A stretch of DNA of 50,620 nucleotides from contig NC_068991.1 of NCBI RefSeq assembly GCF_001194135.2, forward strand, positions 17,347,935 to 17,398,554, read 5' to 3'. Of this stretch, positions 22,271-35,160 are shown in pieces. The notes beneath the pieces are model-generated. The model saw only the letters and a program-made list of their open reading frames with translations. It ran no database searches and had not been told where the DNA came from. This DNA comes from Octopus bimaculoides (taxonomy: Eukaryota). Within the stretch, counting starts at the first letter, position 1, and each line of letters begins with the position of its first letter. Both the position numbers and the translations under genes were made by a program.

Positions 22271-23949
22271 AAAATGAAAGTATATCATGTATGTTTTTAC
22301 TTATTTATTTATTTATTTATTTACTTACTTACTCATTACCATGTTGGTTCTGTATTTGATTCTATCTCCATTAATATACTTATAAGCGTGACTATATATA
22401 AATATATAATGCTTAATTCTTAGCATTCAATTTATATACTCCTAAGTCCTTATACGTTTCAGGTTTCTACATACTTTATATATTAATTTCACACAAATCT
22501 TTTAATACGTCTTTTGCCTGCAATTGATTATTTATATTCACTATACATATGCGTGTAAACTTATGTCTATATTTGCGTAATAACAAACTCTCATTTGCCT
22601 GCTCCCTAATCTATTCTATACTATTTTATTATATGTTTGTTGCACTTTTGTTTTATCTCTATACATATAAATTATGTATTGTATTCATATATAATGCACT
22701 CAAAATATATTTTTCACTTATTACCCTTCTTGTATTTATTTTATTCACATATACACCTTAATTACTTAAATAATCACAAACTATCTTTATATATATATTC
22801 ACCCTAATCTTTTTGTTCATAATTATTTATTGGTTTACGATAGTATTAATTAAAATACTGCTTACCTATGTTTTATTACCATATCTTATTCTGTATTTTT
22901 ACTTTCATTTATACTTTGATAAATATACTACCTCCCCACCCCTTTGTAAGGTTTATACCATGTTCTTTCTACAAAACATTTATCAGTTAGTGGATTTGCT
23001 CCCTACACTCAACACACAATAATATGAAAATGTAAGAGTATATCTTTTTCCTCCTCCGATGAGATTCAACTTTAAAATGTTTTTAATTATACTAATTAAT
23101 TTCTAAAGCCTTGAATCGAAACAGCTGTCAGCGATGATATCCAGTTTTGTAAGTAGTAAATAATTACTAATTTAATTATCTCTATTTTCTTATTTTCTTA
23201 AAGCATATATGAACACCGGTTTATCCAATTACCTTACAGTTGAATATTAAATGTAATATTCAATACTTTTTGTAATAGGTAATAAACCAGTATATTCATT
23301 GGATTTTATTATCTCTTAATGAGGTTTTTAATCTTTAATTGGACTCATGTATATATATATATATATATATATAAAACACTGTAAAGACAGACAGACACTG
23401 TGTGGCACTTTCGGCTAGTATCATCCACGATAAACTCGAGTAAGTGTTCGCAAGACCAATGACATAGTTCAATGCTTCCTAGAAGTGTACTCCGTTCGTG
23501 GTGTATATGTCACTAACATACAAATGTTAGAGATCCAGAAATGTCTTAACCACATTTTCTTCAAATGGCCTCTGAGAAAACTATAGAACATCGAAAGCGA
23601 TAAATTTTGGGACAACCTCAAAACTGTTTTTCACAACGCTTCAATAAAGGCTTTCGTGAGAAGAAAAGGCCTGTAGGACAAAAAAATAAATAAATAAATA
23701 AAATTGGTGCTCATTCATCTCAAATAGCCTAGGTCTTTTCATTTTTGTTATGCGTAACACTTTAAACCTACAAAGGTCTGCTTTTAACAAAGAATTATGG
23801 ATCACTTAAGTTAGCCAGAAGCAGAACTCAGAAAGGATCTTTTCTGTTGCTGTCACAGTTTTCTGTTTGTTTGTTTTTTTTTAATTTTGCGAGGAATTTG
23901 CGAGTGTGTGCGTCACAGATCACTATAAATAGATATTCTCGGCAGAATT

Positions 23950-24300
23950 GATTGTCGATTGCAATTACGAGAATGCAGAGCGAAATGAAAAAAAATCTTC
24001 TCGAGTTTCGCGAAAACCTACTGTTCGAGTAGCATTCGAACCCCAGTTGTTGTATTTTCTCCTCGAAAATAGCTTCATCTATTTCAACAACTCTGCCTGG
24101 ACCACTACTAATCTTCATTGGATTGCAGAGCAAATCTTCCACGCAGATCCATAAGTAATTTTTTAAAGTCTACTGCGGCACTAATCCCTAATTCCACCTT
24201 ACAGAGCTTAGCAGTTGTCAATTATTTTACCCACAGCAGTATGGGTAAATAACGATGCACTGGAGTTGCCATGACAATAAACAGTTTTGACTTCCGCTGT
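23950..24300 (-). mobile_element. Merlin (IS1016/IS1595-like) transposase remnant
   Basis: The minus strand gives ICVEDLL...SGPGRVVEIDEAIF and, after a frameshift, RRKYN, matching the Merlin GGPGxxVEIDESxFxxRKYNxG motif. Confidence 0.7.
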
Positions 24301-25377
24301 GAGGACACTGGCTAAAATTCATTGACTCAAAATACGTAACTTTAAATGCTTCAAACTTCTTTATTATTAACGTATCGAAAAAATAAATCTAATATTCGTC
24401 ATCAGAAAGTAAAACTACATAAAAGTACATTTTAAAAAAAATTTCGGATTAAAATTTGAGAAAATACGAGTGGATAGAAAAAGGTTAAAAATACAAAACT
24501 CTTACAACTTTCATCGTCGTAAAGTTTTGCTTTCATTTTGTGCCAGCCTCCAAATCCTCTGATTGGCTACAAATTATCAAGCTTTGAACCACTGTAACAT
24601 TTTTATAAACTTTTACTGGTATAAATGAATCACAAAATTGGATTCAATGTCAAATCAATGTTAAAATGATTCTAGACCGGAATTTAGCAACTTCTAATAT
24701 AATTGTCCTTTGCTGTATATCAAGTCACTGTTCTTTTATTCTACTATGTGTGTGTACACACACACACACACATATATGAGGTGCAATAAATGCTTAGCGA
24801 TTCACACGTCGTAAATGAGAGACGAAAGATTTGGGTACAAAAGTTATATGCAGAAGTGTGTGAATGAAATTACTTCCTATTAGACTATTTTTCCCTTTCT
24901 GTTTTCAGTGTGTGTTACTATAATCTAGGAGTCTAAAAGAAAAGAAACTAGTCGTACTTTGTGTATGGAATACAGAAAAAATACATTGTAGAATTCCAAA
25001 GAATATTTTTTTAATTCTTTAGAGACTTGGGACTGGGCTATTCCTGAAGCGCTATTTCCAAACGAAGTAGCTGTTAAATGAGAATGAAGGAAAACTATAC
25101 CAGATAATTAATGCAGTAAGAAAGAAAATACAACACTAAATAGACAAAATTACACAGAAATTTTCAAAACAACGTATTAATTTTGACAGACAGACAGACA
25201 CAAAAAAGGCGAAAAGTGAGTGGGAAAAGAGGATGAAAATAATTGGAAAACAAACAAAACAGTCATAAAATAATAAATGAAGTGAAGAAGAAAGAAAACG
25301 GGGGAAAAAGAACCGCGAAAGAAAAATAAAAGAACAGAAAGTACAACAGCCAATATTCCTGAGACAGCGTACTAGGG

Positions 25378-25450
25378 ATGGAGAAAACATTTTGGATGGT
25401 GTATCTAATGGCGACTTTTTCTGCAATGCTCTTTGTACATCTTGTCTCAG
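25378..25450 (+). CDS. Alpha-carbonic anhydrase exon 1 (signal peptide)
   Basis: ATG then MEKTFWMVYLMATFSAMLFVHLVS, which is hydrophobic and signal-peptide-like. Donor G|gtaatt is phase 1 and joins in frame to the microexon. The 5' exon assignment is inferred from phase and composition. Confidence 0.75.
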
Positions 25451-25580
25451 GTAATTCTAATTTTGTTGTTATTTTTATTTATTTATTTATTTATTTTTGT
25501 GGGGGTACTGATTTCAGTTATGAAACTGTTGTCACACTGGAGACATTCATTCAGAGGATATAAGACGATAAGCAAATAGA

Positions 25581-25611
<31 letters not shown>

Positions 25612-25834
25612 CTAGATAAATAAATAAATAAATAACTAGATAAATAAATAAATAAATAAATAAATAAAATAAGAAACCTGGTAAAAGAAATATGTTGAAA
25701 ATATAAAGAATGGTCAAAGAATTTAGATTAAAAGAACTCAAACGGAAAGTTTTTATGTATTTAAGCCAAGAAGTAAGGCATGTAAAAATAATTAGTTCAA
25801 GATATTGAGAAAAAGTAAGATATTTAAAACAAAA

Positions 25835-25876
<42 letters not shown>

Positions 25877-25877
<1 letters not shown>

Positions 25878-26260
25878 GAGTGAGAGAGCAGTGCGTGCCA
25901 TCAAAGTGACACTGGGGTAAAGTATACAAAGCCCAGTATACCCATCATGACTACTCATCTGATAAGGGTACACCAGGCGCATGCATCACAACCATATGTG
26001 CACGACATGGGGATCTCATATCAAGATAAACAGCGTATGACCTTGCAGGTGGGGCTCAGTTAGAATTTTCTTCAGGTCGAGTAGTCCATCCCGCTCAAAA
26101 GGTCCCTAAATAAGGGTTGTTTAAGGATGTTGAACGAAATACCCGTGTTTCCAAAGGTGAATTATCCAAACTCCAAAGAATTCCTCTGAACATATGGCTA
26201 TGATGCTCCCCCACTACTTCTGCTCATAATTAAAGATGCCCATATCATCAGCCACTAAGG
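25877..26260. repeat. Interspersed repeat abutting an (ATT)n tract, probably the 3' end of a retroelement on the minus strand
   Basis: Higher-GC block starting immediately after a long (TTA)n; family not identified. Confidence 0.4.
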
Positions 26261-27581
26261 TTAAGGTCAAACAACTGACAAGCAAATCTATGGTATTGAG
26301 CAGAATATTTGCTGTAGCCCATCTTTTATACCAAGACAAAACAATGTACATGATAACACTTCCAATCAGTTTAGATCAGAAGCCACGAGAGCCACTGGCT
26401 GTATATTATATAAACATTCTGGAGTGTCGTTAATAAAAGTATATGTTTGATTTTAACGATCACGAATAAAACAATCGTAGTATAAGCGCCTTAGAATTTT
26501 ATTAGCAAAGTGAGTCGCAAAACTTAAATAAAATTTTAAAAGATTCTAATGTATTTTAACTGATAAAATGTAAATACAGTATGAATGAAATGTAGATTTC
26601 GGGTAAGGAGCAGTTGGGAAATAACAATATAATTCAATTTTTTAAACTGAAAAATAAAATGTTTAGTATTTTAGTGTTTTGAAAGCCTGATGTCTAGAAG
26701 AAGAGACTAATTCTGAGTGTCAATTAAGAAATAGGAAACTGAAGAAAAGGATATAATATGACTTTGAGGTTTAAAGCAAACATGACACTTTATTACGAGT
26801 GTATGGTTTTGTAAAAGATAGTTTGTTTTTAATTGATATTAAAAAGAGCGATAATAGACTTTAAAAATCAAATATAACTGGAGAAGCATTGTATCTGTTT
26901 TTTCTGTTGTTTGTATTGATTAAATTTATTCTTTTGTGGTTAAACTAAAAACAAGAAATCGAAGTCAAATTCATATTTATTGTGGTACGATGGATGGACT
27001 AGTTCGAACTTGAAGCAGACAACTATTGTTGCTGGTACAATTACAATTTGGAGTAATGGGGTTTTAATTTGGAGAAATTAGTAAAGTAAGTAAATGTTTG
27101 TGCAGAATTGTTCTTGGTTGGTTACGAGAATCTGCCCCTCCTTCTTTTTTGTTGTTGTAAAGCAGGTTATGATAGTTATATGATGCTTGTCAGTTGGAAG
27201 GAAATTTTCGGTAAAAGCTTAGAGATGCTTAGTTATAGAGTAGATCTTGTAAATTAAAGGCCGGATTATACTACTCTATTTTTCTACGTGTGATTGGTTC
27301 TATGACTATATTTGAATTATGCTTTACTTTTTCAGAATAGCTGCTTCTAAGTCACTGTCACCTTTTTTTAACATTTGGGTTACATGTTCAGTTACTGTTT
27401 GTTGTCCTTATTAGAATTATTAATAAATAAATGTTTGCGTATATGTGTACGAGTGTCTGTGTGTGTATACTAGGTGAATTCATAGGATTGTAATTATTTA
27501 GCTATTAGTTTTACCATGTTGTTTTCGTAAGGTCATAGATTCAAAAGCATTGAAAGTTAATATTTGTTTTATTTTTTACAG

Positions 27582-27599
27582 CATGGGACTATCACAACG
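27582..27599 (+). CDS. Alpha-carbonic anhydrase exon 2 (18-nt microexon)
   Basis: tttgttttattttttacag|CATGGGACTATCACAACG|gtaagt: strong acceptor and consensus donor. Encodes (A)WDYHN, the conserved W5-x-Y7 motif. Confidence 0.85.
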
Positions 27600-28529
27600 G
27601 TAAGTGGAATATTTTACTGTTACTGACTCTATTGACTGTTGTCTAATCACAACTTTCTGGTCGATGCCAAATCCTTTCTGTGCGGGTGTTTGTATGTTTG
27701 TGCATATGTGTGCGAACGTATGTATGCGTGCGTATGTTAATGTGCGTGTTATTGACAGCAGCACACAAACAACCATTGCAAGTTTTTCCTGACTGTTAGG
27801 TCATTATAGGTGGTATGCAATCTGAAATTCTGTAGGTCAACAACTGCGGAATATATATGGGTACAAGGGGACCTGGCTGTAGATAGAAAAAATTTCCCTA
27901 CATCTATCCATCCATCCAATTGTTGCTAGATGTGTCGAAACAATCGTCGTGATTAATAATAAATTCTCGTATATTCCACCTTCTGTCTTTCATTTGCCAT
28001 ATATATATATATATANNNNNNNNNNNNNNNNNNNNNNNNNNNNNNNNNNNNNNNNNNNNNNNNNNNNNNNNNNNNNNNNNNNNNNNNNNNNNNNNNNNNN
28101 NNNNNNNNNNNNNNNNNNNNNNNNNNNNNNNNNNNNNNNNNNNNNNNNNNNNNNNNNNNNNNNNNNNNNNNNNNNNNNNNNNNNNNNNNNNNNNNNNNNN
28201 NNNNNNNNNNNNNNNNNNNNNNNNNNNNNNNNNNNNNNNNNNNNNNNNNNNNNNNNNNNNNNNNNNNNNNNNNNNNNGAGTCATATGCTCATAAGGCCGG
28301 TAACCGGGTTCTGTGGCTATCTATTCTCTACTTGAACAGTACAGTTCCATCAGAGGAGTGATAGTTTTGGTAGCTGAGTGAACTGCAGCAATGTGAAATG
28401 CAGTGTTTTTCTGAATGACATGAGTTGTCCGGCCCAGGAATCAAAACCACAATTTTACAGTCATGAGTGCGACACCCTAATCATTAAACTAATCGCTTCC
28501 TCACACACACACACACACATGTGTGTGTG

Positions 28530-28579
<50 letters not shown>

Positions 28580-28646
28580 GAGAGAATACAAATGGTTCGT
28601 TTTATTTTGCTAACGACGTTTTCTTTTCTTTTTTTCTTTTCTCCAG

Positions 28647-28811
28647 AAAGTAAGAATTGGGCGAAAGAATATCCGAACTGTGGTGGTCGTTTACAATCTC
28701 CAATCGCTATTGAGCATAAATTTACAAACTACAAGAAAACCAGTAATTTGATTTTTGATGGATACTTAGACACCAAGCACAATGCGACGATAATGAACAC
28801 AGGACATACAG
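28647..28811 (+). CDS. Alpha-carbonic anhydrase exon 3
   Basis: Acceptor tttttcttttctccag| and donor G|gtact. Translates (E)SKNWAKEYPNCGGRLQSPIAIEHK...NATIMNTGHT, containing QSPI, Cys23 and His64. Confidence 0.95.
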
Positions 28812-29487
28812 GTACTATCGTTGTTGTTGTTGTTGTTGCTGCCGTTGTTGTTGTTATCGTCGTCGTGGCCCCTGTCGTCGTCGTCGCCCCTGTTTTTGAT
28901 GATGACGAAGTTGTTTAATCCCTGATCAATCCAAGTCAAGCTGACCTATGATCATCTGTGACTATCTCTTCTGTTCGTTTATCTAAAACTCATTACATTG
29001 TTCAATATGTAATGAGTTTTTCTTTTTCTATTAAGTGCAGGGTGATTCGAGGAAAATTTTTCTGCTATTTCTAAAGTGACTGCGTTGAGGTTCCTTTATC
29101 GACGGTGGAAATATTTCATCGCATGTTCGCAATGAAATATAAGCAGCCTTATAGACATATACACACTACATGCTACTTTTTCCTGGTTGTTTTCATTAAG
29201 ATCGTGTCGATAGGGCCACTAAAACATAAAAAAAATTTTTTTTCTTAAACTGAAATTACTGTGACTACTATATCCAGTACTGCTATAGGAATGGGAACAC
29301 TGAGCACAGTTGCTTGGACACGGACGATGTGGTGCGGATAACTGGACACACAACCAGTTTTGGCAACTGTACGTTTGGGTACTTTGGCGCTGGAGGTAAA
29401 CACACACACACATACAGATAGAGAACATGAGAGAGAGGGTGTCACTCACACACTAGATGGTCATACACATTAACATACATACATACA

Positions 29488-29537
<50 letters not shown>

Positions 29538-29539
<2 letters not shown>

Positions 29540-31750
29540 CCAAAAACAACAAGAACGTAACGGACGGCAATAAAATATACGGACAGATGGACGATACAAA
29601 GATGGACAGGAAAACCTGGACAGAACATTCGTGGCTTTCTATTCTTCAGTCAAGCTTCCAATCATCATTACAGTTTCGGCCTGTTACACTTGATACTGTT
29701 CAAAACTGGTAGACCCCAAAGTTCTAAGCTGAGGGCATCACATTTTTGGAAGAAACCAAGTGAATATGTGCGACAATACGAACAAAAATTTAAAAAACGA
29801 GAAAACGGAGAAAATGTTACACGATTACAAATACAACCAACAAGAATAGCAACAGGTGTCTTTCGACTAAAAGGAGAAGTTAAGTTAAGCTGGCGTGTGA
29901 AGTGGAAGCCTTACGCCAACAAACATAGATGAAAGTCAGGAGACAGGTGTTCTGCGAGCGGCAGGCAGGCCAAGAAAGAAAGATCATGCTATGCTGAGCA
30001 CCTAGCACGTGGGAGGAATAGGGAGAGGTAGGGAGCAGAGGGATTGAAGTATTAGGGAAGGAACTAGAAAGCGAGAGAGAGAGAAGGGGTTGGGACAGAG
30101 GGAAAGGTACAAGGGAGATAACAGAGGAAAGTAGAGAGATTAAAGAAAGAGAATGCCAAAAAAATGTGAGAGAGGGGGAGGCGAAAAAAGAAAAGAGGAA
30201 AAGAAGAAAGTCGTACAGAATTTAGATATATACTTACAAGCTGAGCAAAAGGTGTACGTGCGCAGCTATATGTATATATAAATAAAAAAAACGGAACAAG
30301 AATGTAACGGACGACAGTAAAAACATACAGACAGATGGACGATACAAAGACGGACAGGGAAACCAGGACGGAACATTCGTGGCTTTCTATTCTTCAGTCA
30401 AGTTTCCAATCATCATTACACAGTTTCGGCCTGTTACACTTAAGACTATTCAAAATTAGTAGGCCCCAAAAATCTATGTTAAGGGCATTAAATGTTTGGA
30501 AGAAAGCGCGAGGGGGGGGGGTAAAAAGATACACAAAAATTCACACTAGGTATAAAACTAATGGCTTTTTAAAATAAGAACAAACATATACACATACAAA
30601 TAAATGATTTGAGGTGGAATTAAGAAGTATAAAAATCATTATTATGAGTCACTATAGAAAGTCATACCGGTTTCGTCAGAGATGATCACTGACTTTGAAT
30701 CAACACCGAATTCGAAATGGTGTTGAGTCTAATAGTATCTGAGTGAAAAGATTGCACGCAAGGGAGGTAAGCAGTTCTGAAAGTGATGCATTTAATGTAG
30801 ATATGATTACTAGAATGTGAATGGTATATGGGACGGATGAGGATTAGTGGGATTATTGGTATTAGTAAGGTTAGTAGTGTCCTGTATTAAGTTGTGTGTT
30901 CAAATTAAGTTGTGGTTGATATTTCTTAATGAAAGTTGCTGCATTAAGGAAAGTTGCTGTTCTAGAAACGTTGATAAAAAGGAAAAATTAAGAAGTTTGG
31001 TTTAAGGTTCCTAGCACATTTATCGATGTGCTCACTGACCTGTATCTGTCTATATTGTGGGAAGCAGATTTGTTCTTTGTGAAGTCTTGTTCATTTGAGT
31101 TTGGCCTATATAGTGGTTTCCGCAACCTAAACAGGTAGTAATATAGATTAAGTTTTCAGAGGCACAAGTGAAATTTGAGTTTATCTTAAATATTTCACCT
31201 TGTTTGAAGTGAAATTCTGTAGCCTCAAAAAGGTGGGGGCATGTGCCACATTTAGGCTGCCCACATTTTTCAACTTGCGCCGGTTAATATTTTTTCAATG
31301 ATTTCGGTTGCATTTTGCTTTTGATAATTTTGTGTGAGCCCAAAACTTTGTTCATTGTTTTATCTCCAGTGAGAATAGGTAGATTTTGGGTGATGATATT
31401 GACTGCCTCATTGTTTCAATGATTTTGGATGATGATGGTGTTGAATGCCTCGTTGCTTCAACATCATCATCCAAACCCTACCTATTCTCACTGGAGACAA
31501 AACAATGAACAAAATTTTGGGCTCACACAAAATTATTAAAAGCAAAATGCAACCGAAATCATTGAAACAAATATTAGCCGGCACAAGACTATATTCCCTT
31601 AACAACGGAACCAAAAGTAGGAAAATGCGGGTAGCCTAACTGTAGCATATGCCCCCAGTATTACCTGCATAGGTTGCGGAAACCACTATATAGGCCAAAC
31701 ACGAATGTCCCTCAGACGAAGACCAACACTTCACAAAGAACAAATCTCAT
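29538..31750. mobile_element. Composite Penelope-like element: duplicated pLTR-like blocks plus inverted GIY-YIG copies
   Basis: Direct repeats at about 29538-29760 and 30290-30510. Minus-strand KCGQPKCGTCP...NLIYITTCLGCGNHYIGQT at 31020-31460; plus-strand copy ITCIGCGNHYIGQTR at 31457-31748. Confidence 0.82.
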
Positions 31751-32000
31751 TCCGCCCCACTCCGGACCTGAACACAACCCCATTTCTTCCGGAGAGTGTG
31801 TGATAGAGAGAAAGTGAAGAAGACAGAGAGGATTAAGAGTCAAACCCAGTGCTAACTTGCAGTTTATTTAACAATCCAAATAAAAATAATGAAAAGCAAA
31901 TCAGTAGGATTTGAACCCAGAGCGTAGAGAGCTGGAACAAACAGACCAAGCATTTATTCCGACACCTCTAACGACTTTGGCAATTCTTATAGACTTTATA

Positions 32001-32174
32001 CGAGTGGGTGCCGAAAAGTTCCTGGGTTTGGATAAAAGGAAATACAGGAGGATCAGTTAATTTTTTTTCAACATATTCCTCTCTTACTTATTCCAGCGGT
32101 CCTTCAATTTTTCCAAACTCTGTAAAAGAACTCGGAAAGTTGGGCCTCCAACCAGAAATGTTTCAGCACCCTCT
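32001..32174 (+). mobile_element. Mariner-derived MITE
   Basis: TA|CGAGTGGGTGCCGAAAAGTTCCTG...TTTCAGCACCCTCTCA imperfect TIRs; homolog at 41139-41352. Confidence 0.7.
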
Positions 32175-32251
32175 CACACACTATACATTACCACATTACA
32201 TCACAACGTGTCCCTCTACAAAACTTGAAGTTTGAATTTATTGTTTTGCAG

Positions 32252-32397
32252 TGGTCATAGAAGTGAATGGTAAGAGTTTAGTCTATGGTGAAGGATTAAA
32301 AGGAAAGTATATAGCGTACGAGATTCACTTCCACTGGGGAATGAACGATATCGTGGGATCAGAACATATGCTTAATGGACACCGGTTCCCCATGGAG
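32252..32397 (+). CDS. Alpha-carbonic anhydrase exon 4
   Basis: Acceptor ttgttttgcag| and donor GAG|gtaagt. Translates (V)VIEVNGKSLVYGEGLKGKYIAYEIHFHWGMNDIVGSEHMLNGHRFPME, containing His94/His96 and the GSEH motif. Not in the ORF track. Confidence 0.95.
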
Positions 32398-32619
32398 GTA
32401 AGTGAATCTTACACTTGTTGATGTTGTGAGCATACAAGTGTATGCTTGCAAAAGTGCATATTCTTTTATGTGTATAATCGTGTGTGTGTGTGTGTATTTA
32501 TGTGTGTGTATATATTTGTTTTTATGTTCAGTTCTAATAAACATAATTTTACTCTATACTTTGTAGAGTGCAAATTCATTATTAACAACAATCTTGTATA
32601 AGAATAATATATACTTATA

Positions 32620-33545
32620 CTAGATGCGATGCAGTTTAGTTTTGTTCCTGGGAAGAGTACCACAGATGCCATCTTCCTAGTGAGACAGCTGCAAGAAAAG
32701 TATTTGCCCAAAAGTAAACCATTGTACTTAGCTTTCGTCGACCTGGAGAAAGCTTTCAACAGGGTTCTCCACTCTCTTATCTGGTGATCTCTAAGGAAGC
32801 TCGGAGTAAAGGAGTAGCTTGTTAGAGCCGTACAAGCCATGTAGAGAGGTGCAGTCAGTAGGGTAAGAGTCGGCCTTGAATACAGTGCTGACTATAATGG
32901 ACAGGTTGTTCACTAGAAGTCAATTTTTAGTCCACTCTTCATCATAGTTGTCTATGCCATAACAGATGAATTCAAAACTGGATGCCCTTGCTCTTAATGC
33001 ATAATCTGAAGCAGAACTGGAGAAGTTCCGGGTTTGGAAGCAAACCTCGGAATCAAAGGGCCTTGAAGCTCACCTAGTTAACTTAGACTAAAGTTCTTGT
33101 TAACAAAAAAAATAAACAGATAAAACTCTCTTTCCCTCAGGAAAATGGCCTGTCTCAATATGTAGGAAAGGAGTGGAAAGTAATTCTATTTGCTGCATCA
33201 AGTGTAAGTTATGGACGCAGAAGAAATCGTGGGTAGGTTAACAGATAAGGTCGCTTTTGTGTGTGGCAGATGCGCAGGAACAATAAGCACTAAGAGCACA
33301 AGGGACTAGATAGTTTCTGCTACTTAGGTGACCAAATTAGTAGCGGCTCTCTCTCTCTCTCTCAGAGTGAAAAGTAGATTTCATGATGTTTATGTAAGAA
33401 TGGCTATACTACATAAGTGTGAGACATGGGCTCTGAATGCGAAGGGCATGCATAGACTGGAGAGGAATGAAGGTAGTATGCTCTGCAGGATTTACAACAT
33501 CAGTGTGTATGACTGACAAAGCGCAACTGTTTTGAGAGCCCGTCG
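32620..33545 (+). mobile_element. RTE-clade LINE reverse transcriptase remnant (CA intron 4)
   Basis: DAMQFSFVPGKSTTDAIFLVRQLQEKYLPKSKPLYLAFVDLEKAFNRV, followed by further broken RT motifs. Confidence 0.85.
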
Positions 33546-33929
33546 CTAGAAGGTGGTAGGGATTCGCTCCCTTGCTCGCAATATATCGGATGCAGCTGTG
33601 CATCGTTAACCAGCTAGAGATGTCCTCTTGAGGTTAAAAAATCGCAGTAAAGTCCGTTCGAACGGAACAGCCATGCTGAAGTGGCTAACCAGCATTTTTT
33701 GCTTGTTGCAAGATCAGCGACTGTGTGTCGCTAGAATTTATATATATTGCGTGCAGAAGCGAGCTACTACCATCTCGAGCAGACTCGGATTTTTTGCGTC
33801 GTAATTGATAATTTGCTGTTACCAAAGTTATGTGAGTTCGTTCCGTGTGTTTTTGTCTGTTATTGTAATATTTTTGTGTATTTTGCCATTTATGGCAGCA
33901 TCAAATCTACAGTTCAGTGCCTTTTAGAA

Positions 33930-35160
33930 TCAAACGCTCGGATTGTCAGGGGTGCCCCCTGTCTCTGCTTCTGTACGTACTGGCTCTTGAGCCATTGCTG
34001 CGGAGGTTGGAGAGTTTGGGGGCATCCCCAATGAATTGAGATGTGGTAAGTCTGTTTCTGCATATGCGGATAACGTCACCATCACCGTATCTGATGAAGC
34101 TTAGCTACTTTGTGTAGAGGATGCAATCAAAGGATACGAGGCGGTGGCAGGGGCAAAAAATTAACACGGACAAGTCCATCGGCTTGCGGCTCAGCACCTG
34201 GAGTGGCAAGACGATACCATCCAGTGTCGTGGGACACTGGACGGAAGGTCCTGTTAAGATGCTTCGAGTCTGGTTTGGACCGGATTCCCAAACGGAGAAG
34301 AATTGGAGTGAGGTGGCGGACAGGTTGGCGGCCCTAATCTGGAAGGTCCCTATCCCTGAAAGGGAAGGCAGAGGTGGTGCAGGTGTATATTGCATCTGTT
34401 ATCACCTACCGTCTGACCGTTGTCCCGTGTTCTGATTCATGGCTAAACAAGTTGGAACGCTTTCTCTTCTGCTTTTTGTGGAGAGGAGGAAAACCACTTG
34501 TGAGGTGCTCTGTCTACTGCCAAAAACCGCCAAAGGGTGGGTTAGGGATGCCGTGACTGATGATGCGCAAACATGCGCTGAGGCTGAGGCGCCTCTGGCT
34601 CTACCTGAAGGGTGACTAGGTGTGGAATCTGCTGGCAGAGATATTCTTTCCGCGATGGGCCTTCTTGGAGGAATTCAAACCCAATTTCAAAAAATGATGG
34701 AACTTGACTGAATAGCAAAAAGAGTGCCGACAGGCACTCATGCTAATACACAAGACGGGCAAGGCCGGCAGCGGGAGTATCACCTCGATACTTTATAGCG
34801 GGCTGGTAGAGTTCAAGAGGGATGACATCCTCAGAGAAGCTCTGGAGCTCGATGAGGGCCAGCTAGCCAACCTGTTTCAAAGAACTTTCGGGTCGGGGTA
34901 CCTGGGTAACTCCCAGAAATCCCTGACCTGGCAGTGCTATAGGAGTGCTTTACCTGTTCGTGAGAAACTATCTAGGCATGAGATGTCTGTGCCACCGGCA
35001 TGCCCAAGATGCAGGCAGGATGATGAAACCGTTCTTCCCGACCTTGTACAGTATCTGGAACTTTTGGGCTTGATAGTTTATGCAGAACATGTGCTATCAC
35101 ATCTAGGAAGAGTACAGCTATCATCTGAGTGCATGATTAAGATTGCACCCCCACCTTGTG
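33930..35160 (+). mobile_element. L1/Tx1-clade LINE reverse transcriptase remnant (CA intron 4)
   Basis: GCPLSxLLYVLALEPLLRRL, SAYADNVT, AKINTDKSIGL, FLWRGGKPLVR...KGGLGMP; many stops and frameshifts. Confidence 0.88.

Noticed and set aside
26400-27330. AT-rich strand-skewed block suggestive of a NUMT (also 22380-23340)
   Set aside because: I could not recognise any mitochondrial gene or tRNA cloverleaf; more likely ancient TE debris. BLASTn against the mitogenome would settle it.
29250-29395. Possible alternative or duplicate CA exon 4 (same 146-nt length and phases, ends LE|gt)
   Set aside because: The acceptor position is AA rather than AG, there is an in-frame stop, it has no HxH motif, and there is no visible nucleotide similarity to exon 4.
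29630-29690. GAAAC and CTGAAGA on the minus strand of the duplicated pLTR-like block (also about 30380-30445)
   Set aside because: No consistent stems for type I, II or III hammerhead topology.
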